A stretch of DNA of 64,000 bases from Histomonas meleagridis 2922-C6/04-290x (lineage: Eukaryota; Protista; Parabasalia): positions 186,001 to 250,000 of the forward strand of contig JAANOX010000231.1 in the NCBI GenBank assembly GCA_020184695.1. The letters run 5' to 3'. The translations under genes and the position numbers were made by a program. Under the pieces are notes generated by a model, which saw only the letters and a list, made by a program, of their open reading frames with translations, ran no database searches and was not told the origin of the DNA. Shown here in pieces: positions 57,333 to 64,000 of this stretch. Position 1 is the stretch's first letter. Each line of letters opens with the position of its first letter.

Positions 57333-58817
57333 CTAAGCAATAATTGGCTCTGTGCTCTCCATTTGTATCCTTCGTTGAAGGTACATTGCCATATCTCTTA
57401 CATTTTCATTTTCAGATTCGACGGAAAATACTGTTTTAACTATTCCGGACGACGCCAGCTTGCGCATTAACTTCTTTCCTTTTCCACCTTTGGATAGTTC
57501 GTTAATTAAAACAAGAATCAACTCGAGCATTGGCATTTGAAGGCATGGAATATCAGACTCGCAATAATCTATGATTTCGTCGCTTATATTATACTTCAAG
57601 AACTTTTCTTGGACCTCATGTGAACATTTTGTTAATTTTAATAATGCTTCAATTGCGATTTCCTTAAGTTCAATTGAACCTGTATCCATTATATCAAACA
57701 ACGTTTCTGTGAGTTTGTCATGTGTTAAGAATGGAACGGCAACCAATTCTAAAGAATCAGGAAGTGATTGAATTATAAATTTCAATCCAGCCTTTGATAA
57801 TTGTGTGTCCGGACTTTCTATCATCTCTGATATTATTTTAAAGTCAACTGGGGTGATAAATGACCTTCTCATAATGCTTTTTAATTCTTCATCTTCAACT
57901 TTATTTGTTTTGGAAAGTGCCTCGGCGATCGTTAAGACCAAAAACGATAGACAACGATAGACATCGTCTTCTTCTTGATTTTCTATATAGAATTCAACGA
58001 GTTTTTGAATGATGCTGCTTTTGAAAATTTGATGGATTATAACGTCAGATTTCCGAAGCATAAACTGAAGCGAATATAAGATATAAGAAAACGAATTTAT
58101 GGCGATTTTTTCAGTGTAAAGTTCAAGAAATAGTGGATACGATTCCTCAATGTCTTTCCCATACTTCGTGATGACATAACAAAAAACTGTAAACTTTGCT
58201 GGTGGTAAATCTGCTTGACAATATTTAACGAAAAGATCATAAAAGTGGTTAAGAAAGACATTATATTTTTCATCAATTGACGAAAAAGATTCAAGAAGAT
58301 TGTTAATAGCATTAAATGAATCCTTGAGACCATTTATATCACATTGTTGTGATATGGAATAAATAATTGGTTCAACACAATTAACATGTCGAAATACTTC
58401 TTCAAAACGTGGGTCGCAATATGTGAATGTTGAAATAAAACGAACAGCATTACAATATAATTCTGAAATTCCAGGATCTTCTTCATAATTTAAGCAAGAA
58501 GCTATTGCCGTAATTAGGCCGGTGTTATCCATTATTTTAATAAAAGGATTTACTGGAGCTTGATGATTAATAAATATCATTGAATTTTGAATAAAAAAAG
58601 TGGTTAAATGAGAAATTTGCTCACTAACTAAATACTGATTAGTACCGATGTTTTCCACAATTGATTTACATGTTTCAAATATATTTTGCAGAACATTTGG
58701 AACTCCAAAAATATCATCAATTGTTTTTTCCTTTGGGATTTCAATCCTTTCACCTATCTCATCTAAAAAGCTTGCCTTATTGAAAGAAGGAGTAATGACT
58801 TTGTAGAAGTCACACAT
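57333..58817 (-). CDS. ARM-repeat (importin-alpha-like) protein
   Basis: Helical repeats (GLITAIASCL, NAVRFISTFTY, GSIELKEIAIEALLKL); likely start MCDFYK at 58817. Confidence 0.65.
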   Translation of the reverse strand: MCDFYKVITPSFNKASFLDEIGERIEIPKEKTIDDIFGVPNVLQNIFETCKSIVENIGTNQYLVSEQISHLTTFFIQNSMIFINHQAPVNPFIKIMDNTGLITAIASCLNYEEDPGISELYCNAVRFISTFTYCDPRFEEVFRHVNCVEPIIYSISQQCDINGLKDSFNAINNLLESFSSIDEKYNVFLNHFYDLFVKYCQADLPPAKFTVFCYVITKYGKDIEESYPLFLELYTEKIAINSFSYILYSLQFMLRKSDVIIHQIFKSSIIQKLVEFYIENQEEDDVYRCLSFLVLTIAEALSKTNKVEDEELKSIMRRSFITPVDFKIISEMIESPDTQLSKAGLKFIIQSLPDSLELVAVPFLTHDKLTETLFDIMDTGSIELKEIAIEALLKLTKCSHEVQEKFLKYNISDEIIDYCESDIPCLQMPMLELILVLINELSKGGKGKKLMRKLASSGIVKTVFSVESENENVRDMAMYLQRRIQMESTEPIIA

Positions 58818-58847
58818 CAAAAATGATGACTTGTATAACGGTCTCAA

Positions 58848-59381
58848 ATGGGGCACACCATTATAAAAGTGAATTCCTTCTTGACACCCGATTCGTTGTT
58901 GGGTGTTATCAGAGAATATGAAAACATTGTTCTCGATATTCAAGATATCCTTTTATTTAGAAGACCATTCTTAATGTTATTGTTAATATTATTGATAGAA
59001 CTTTATTTTAGATTTGTTTATAAATCAAAATGCGGATTTTTCGCAAGCGTAGTATTATTGCTTATCTTTGTATACGCTTTGATGTTTTTTGGAATTCATT
59101 TTTTGAAATTTATTCCAAGTGAAATCGACCAATCAAAAAATCAATATTTTTCAAATCAACAGATTTCATGTTTTTTATCACAAGTTTTAAATTTTGTTTT
59201 TTCACCTATAATTTTGGTTACAAAAGAAAATGCAAAAATTTCAGACATTTTATTATCTTTCATCTTTTTGGTTTTCATTCGAACTATAGGAATATTTTGG
59301 ACTGTGTTCACTTTGGTACATGTTATACTGTTTTCACCAATGGTTTATTTTTGGATTGTTCAAAAATATTTAATTTGCTAA
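58848..59381 (+). CDS. Multi-pass membrane protein, reticulon-like
   Basis: Two long hydrophobic hairpins (ILLFRRPFLMLLLILL..., LLSFIFLV...WTVFTLVHVILFSPMVY). Confidence 0.5.
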   Translation: MGHTIIKVNSFLTPDSLLGVIREYENIVLDIQDILLFRRPFLMLLLILLIELYFRFVYKSKCGFFASVVLLLIFVYALMFFGIHFLKFIPSEIDQSKNQYFSNQQISCFLSQVLNFVFSPIILVTKENAKISDILLSFIFLVFIRTIGIFWTVFTLVHVILFSPMVYFWIVQKYLIC

Positions 59382-60000
59382 TATGCTTACATGCGATTTT
59401 GTAAAAAAATTATTTGTATTATTTTTTTAGGCGAATCTTTTTTCATATAAATATTCCCAAAATATTTTATTTGTTTTCATTTTCAAAATTTGATCTTCTC
59501 AAAAAACATATATTCATGTAATCATTTGTCTGTGCATTTTGATTATATTAATATGTGAAAAATGCACATGAGTTTTAAAACTTTTTGTGATACAAAATTA
59601 AGCATTGAAAAACTATTAATCATCCATGAGATACTATAAACTATATTATTACATTTAATGTGTCAATCACTCTATCATTTACTTTTTATATTCATTCCGA
59701 TTTTCTTTATTTTATGCATATGAAACAACTATCTCTAAAGAAGATTCCAGAGGTTTGAATAAAATTATTAAAGTTAAAATTTTTCACTTCTTTTTGAATT
59801 ATTTTCATTGAAACAAAGTTATAGCAAAATGTTTTAGTTTTTTAAAAATACTTGCATAAAATTCTACTTTTCATTATATAATTCATAGAAAATAAAAATC
59901 ACTACTAAATTTGATGATTAACATTTTTTTCTTATTGAAATGCTTTGAAAAATATAAAGAAAAACTAATAATACATTAGACAAATTTTATTTAATCATTA

Positions 60001-60690
60001 ATGATTTGTGCATTAATATTCCATATCATTAAAGAAACATCTTCACTTAAAAATAAAGATATTGCTGTTATTGGTTCCAAAGCACCTCAGTTTGTAGGTA
60101 CTGCAGTAAACACAAGTCTTGAATTTGAAGAAGTTTCTCTTGATCATTTTAAAGGGAAATGGGTTGTTCTTTTTTCATATCCACTAGACTTTACTTACGT
60201 TTGCCCAACTGAGATTATAGCTTTTAGTAATGTTTATGAAGAATTCAAAAAAATAAATTGTGAAGTTATTGGTATTTCAACTGATTCTGTTTATTCTCAT
60301 CTTGAATGGATGGAAAAACCAAAAAACAAAGGAGGTCTTGGGAAAATTAATATCAAATTAATCGGAGATCTTGGAGCTAAGATTTCTAAGAAATATAATT
60401 TTTATGATGAGAATCTTGGACATAATATGAGAGGAACTGTTATCATTGATCCTGAAGGAATTATTAAGCATGTTTCAATGACTCATCCTAATGTAGGAAG
60501 AAATGTCAATGAAGTATTACGACTTGTAAAAGCTTTTCAATTCTCAGAAAAACATAAAAAGGTATGTCCAGCACAATGGGAAGAAGGAAAAGATGCAATA
60601 AACCCAAACCTAAAAGATTCGAAAGAATATTTCGAGAAGAACTATAAAACAAGTTTCAAGAGTCAAGCCAATTTTGGCAATGAAATCTAA
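60001..60690 (+). CDS. Typical 2-Cys peroxiredoxin (thioredoxin peroxidase)
   Basis: KGKWVVLFSYPLDFTYVCPTEIIAF; GRNVNEVLRLVKAFQF; VCPAQW. Confidence 0.95.
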   Translation: MICALIFHIIKETSSLKNKDIAVIGSKAPQFVGTAVNTSLEFEEVSLDHFKGKWVVLFSYPLDFTYVCPTEIIAFSNVYEEFKKINCEVIGISTDSVYSHLEWMEKPKNKGGLGKINIKLIGDLGAKISKKYNFYDENLGHNMRGTVIIDPEGIIKHVSMTHPNVGRNVNEVLRLVKAFQFSEKHKKVCPAQWEEGKDAINPNLKDSKEYFEKNYKTSFKSQANFGNEI

Positions 60691-61023
60691 ATATTATGGC
60701 ATGAAATAAAAGATTTATCTCTAACAAAATATTTAAAAATTTTAAAAAAATATAATTTTTATTCATATTATTTCTCAATTATCTATTAATATAATGTTAT
60801 GTATGACTTCTATGGAATTTTAAATTAAAACATTGAAAAAATAAAACAATTTTTGGAAAGTTAAAAATTTATTATAAATGAAAAATTAAATATAAATTTT
60901 AATTAAAATACCATGAGGAATCTCTTTCTATGAAGTTTTTTGTTTGAAAATTAATATAAATGTATTAAAAATTTTATGTGTTTTCTTATTTTATTTTTGA
61001 TAACAAATACATATTTTATCATT

Positions 61024-61775
61024 TTAAACATAGGAGATTTCTTCATCGAAATCATTTGCAAATGGATCTTCTGGAACATTTTCTATTGAATTAGTTGATT
61101 TGAAGGAGTATAACTGATTGTTATGAATGAGTTTAATAAAGAAAATGATTTTGAAGTTGATAATAAATAAGTTAAAACTATCGAATGACTGAGTGTAGCA
61201 TCAAATATAAACGATTCAGAAAAAGTATTTGAATGAGTAAATGCATTTGATGCAGAAAATGAATCAGACATTGTAAAAGTATGAGAAAATGTATCACTTG
61301 ATGAGAATGCATTGCTCTCTGTGAATATGCTACTTTTATAAAATGTTTTACTCCTTGTAAATGTATTAGAATGTCGCACTTGATGAAAATGTGTTACTTT
61401 TGGAAAATGTATTACTTTTCGTAAATGTAATAATTTTCGTATATGTAATACTTTTCGTAAATGTGTTACTCTTTGTAAATGTATTACTATTTGTACATGT
61501 ATTACTTCTTGTAAATACATTACTTTTCGTAAAAGTGTAATTTTGAGAAAAAATATTCGATGGTGTAAATGCATTTAAGAGTGTGGGAGTCTGCAATGGT
61601 TCACAACCTTCAGCAGCTTCATCTCCTTTGCCTACATCAACTCCATAAAACGAAGTTCCTGGATATTTGTCATATGTCATAACATTAGTTACATATGTTG
61701 ACATGAAGAAATCATTTACTATTTGATTGAGAATTGAGTCATTGTACTTCCCATTGTATCTATTGGTGCCATACG
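61024..61775 (-). pseudogene. 3' half of a BspA/Pmp-like surface protein gene (stalk repeats, EDPFANDF tail), 5'-truncated
   Basis: TFTKSNTF 6-aa repeats; tail PEDPFANDFDEE; frameshifts; TM helix missing; the frame breaks off near 61775. Confidence 0.75.
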
Positions 61776-61861
61776 ATACGATCGTCGCCGTAAGGATGTT
61801 CCCTCCTATCTAATTCACCCACAATTAATAAATCTCCCACAACATTAAATTTTTTATTGCA

Positions 61862-62371
61862 ATGCCTCGTAGGTTACGTAGACGTAGTTATTCACGTGGA
61901 CATCCACTGAAGACTGTAAAGTACCCCAATGAGACATATAATAGTTCCGGTCCTATTAGTTTTAATGTAGGTGAAGGTGAGCAAGCAGTTGGTGATCAAG
62001 TATCAGCTACCTTGATTAGTGCTGCATCTCAAGGTATGCGTAAAGTGAAGAATTTTACTTTGAAAATGATTACAGATATTTCAATTCCAGTCCTTTGGGC
62101 CTTGGTATATGTACCTGATGGTACTGTAATAAAAAACATTAGTTTGGGTACCCATGCTGCCCCTGTTTCATTATATGAACCCAATCAAAATGTTATCTTG
62201 TCAGGGTACGTTACCCCTAATGCTGCACAAACTCAAGTATTTCGTACTAGGTTAGCACGTAATTTGAATTCTGGTCATAGTATTGCTTTGGTTCTTCGAT
62301 TGGCAATACAAGGTACTGTTATTAATCAGAAGTTCTTAGGTGTTCAATTAAATTATGCAGTTACTTATTAA
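61862..62371 (+). mobile_element. Endogenous viral element: CRESS-DNA-virus-like capsid gene
   Basis: 169-aa intact ORF with Arg-rich N-arm (MPRRLRRRSYSR), beta-rich body (QGMRKVKNFTL, WALVYVP, SLYEPNQNVI, RLARNLNSG, LNYAV) and higher GC than its flanks. Recognised from memory, not searched. Confidence 0.65.
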
Positions 62372-62484
62372 TAATAAATTATGTCCCACTTTTATTTTTA
62401 TGTTTGATCCACATCGTATTGGACCTGTTAGTGAATCTTATTATTCACGCAATAAGGGAAGAGTCTTACAACGTAAGTTAGTAG

Positions 62485-62671
62485 GAATAGTTAGCTTACT
62501 TCTTGAACGCGAAAAAATCGATATTAATATTAGAAATATTACTTTGTTTTATTTAGAGAATTTATAAAAAATTTGATATTTCACATAAACATTTGGAATT
62601 ATATCTGAACATGTAAAACAGTGCATATGGTAGCATTAAAAAATATGTACACATATATAATTCAAATAACG
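62485..62671 (+). pseudogene. Isolated ankyrin repeat remnant carrying a 68-nt hairpin insert
   Basis: GIVSLLLEREKIDINIRNITL | KTVHMVALKN; insert 62547-62614 is homologous to the 68-nt inserts of the DUF3447 genes. Confidence 0.7.
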
Positions 62672-63324
62672 TAATACAGTTTTTTTTTCGAAATCCTTTG
62701 ATCAAATAATTTTTTACACATTCATAAAGTATTCAATAAATTATTGTGACATACATCACTTTTTTAATATTTTTTAATCGGACTGTATTCTGCCAAACCG
62801 TTGTTCGTTTTATATTTTCATTCAAAATATATGTCATTTATATTTTTATTGAAAATCAAATTGAAAGAATGATAATTTTTTAAAAAAAGTGGGATCGTTT
62901 TCTATTGTTCTAAATTTACTATTTAAAAATTGATTGAAAGGATTTGGAGGTTTGGTCTTACATCACGCCGATATTACAATCAATAATTCATAATGACACT
63001 AAAACCAATATGAAAATCGATAAAATATTAGGAATTATTAAATGGATTAATAATGAAAATGAATTAAATTTTTTTTTAATTCAAGTATATGAAAATAATT
63101 TATATAAATGTAAAATTGATATGATACATAATACAATAAATGTTTCGGAATAAAAAATATATATTCAATTTAAATTAATATTTTCATAAATAAAAAAAAA
63201 ATCAAAACAAAACAAAACAATTTTTTTTAATAATTTGATTTTTCATATTTTAACTATGTTTGTTATGTCAAATTATAATTCATTTGCCACTTTTATGTAA
63301 ACAATAAAAAATTAAAATCCAAAA

Positions 63325-64000
63325 ATGAACAAAATGGAAATGATTAAATTAATCCAACAAATAATATTTAATTTAAATAAAGAAAATGTTTCTCAATCTG
63401 CACAATCAATTCTATCCATTTTTGATTATAAATAACCATTTTCATTTAATCAAGTTATTATTCAATTTAAATATTTCTTTCTTTTTGATCCAATGAAAGA
63501 TTTTGATATTTATTTAAGTTTTCTTAATGAAATTGAACTATTTGAAGAAACTAAACAAATTCAATCCAAAATATTTGATGTTTTTTCACATCAACTTTTA
63601 TTTTCAAAATGTCAAGAAAATAATTATCCACTTTCAAAGATGTTTGAACGAAACTTTCTTAAACCTAACGCATTAATATATAAAGTAAATCCATATTTTG
63701 TTCATTATATGAGTCAAGAAGAAATTAACAAGCAAAAGAACAATTATTCATTAAAACAAATCATGGAAAATTATTCAGAATTATCAAAAAATAAATGGGA
63801 ACTTCATAAGGAATTAATTACTGAAGGAATTAATCCAAACAAAATACCGAAGATAATTCGAAAAGATGAAATAGAAAAACTTCAAGAAATATCATCAAAA
63901 GAAGGATTTGATTATAATCAAAGAATTCCAAAATCACTTTATGAACGAAATTCATTCATTAATCATAAGAAAGTTACATTAATTGATTATGCAGCATTCT
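63325..64000 (+). pseudogene. DUF3447/ankyrin family gene 5' part (runs off the window) with an in-frame TAA at 63433
   Basis: MNKMEMIKLIQQIIFNLNKENV...DYK*PFSF...EGINPNKIPKIIRKDEIEKLQEISS...LIDYAAF; the stop falls where paralogues have Y/F. Confidence 0.7.

Noticed and set aside
62431-62448. Hairpin as CRESS replication origin
   Set aside because: The loop (CTTATT) does not contain a recognisable NANTATTAC nonanucleotide and the stem is only 6 bp.
2362-64000. Stop-codon reassignment to explain broken ankyrin ORFs
   Set aside because: Most inserts shift the frame rather than just adding stops. Conserved genes end normally in TAA, TAG and TGA and have no internal stops.
1-64000. rRNA/tRNA genes
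   Set aside because: No cloverleaf or rRNA-like GC-rich conserved segment was seen; a covariance-model scan was not possible.

Overview
AT-rich, gene-dense eukaryotic DNA, most likely from a parabasalid (Tritrichomonas/Trichomonas-like) genome. The assignment rests on DUF3447-ankyrin genes, BspA-type LRR surface proteins, a TKL kinase, Myb, Inr-like TCAYW starts and housekeeping genes without canonical introns (RPS18, RPS15, NIP7, eIF2B-delta, ARP3, V-ATPase c'', RSPH9, peroxiredoxin). MAIN RESULT: every ankyrin gene in the window whose repeat array is retained (6 loci, 3 unrelated families) is interrupted in the beta-hairpin loop of nearly every repeat by a T-rich insert with no GT-AG ends. 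By hand count against the ankyrin consensus spacing, 29 of 37 inserts are exact multiples of 17 nt (17, 34, 51, 68, 102). Longer inserts are built by stacking 17-nt modules. Removing the inserts restores continuous, consensus-length ankyrin ORFs. This points to an apparently undescribed, ankyrin-specific, 17-nt-quantised non-canonical splicing or ribosomal-bypass system. Other content: a 17-bp minisatellite sharing the AAATTATTT core, an endogenous CRESS-DNA-virus-like capsid gene at a rearrangement junction, a Pack-MULE-like element with 9-bp TSD, Tc1 and pogo relics, a duplicated BspA module, a bacterial-type BNR/Listeria-Bacteroides-repeat membrane protein and several pseudogenes. All identifications are by eye; no database search was run.
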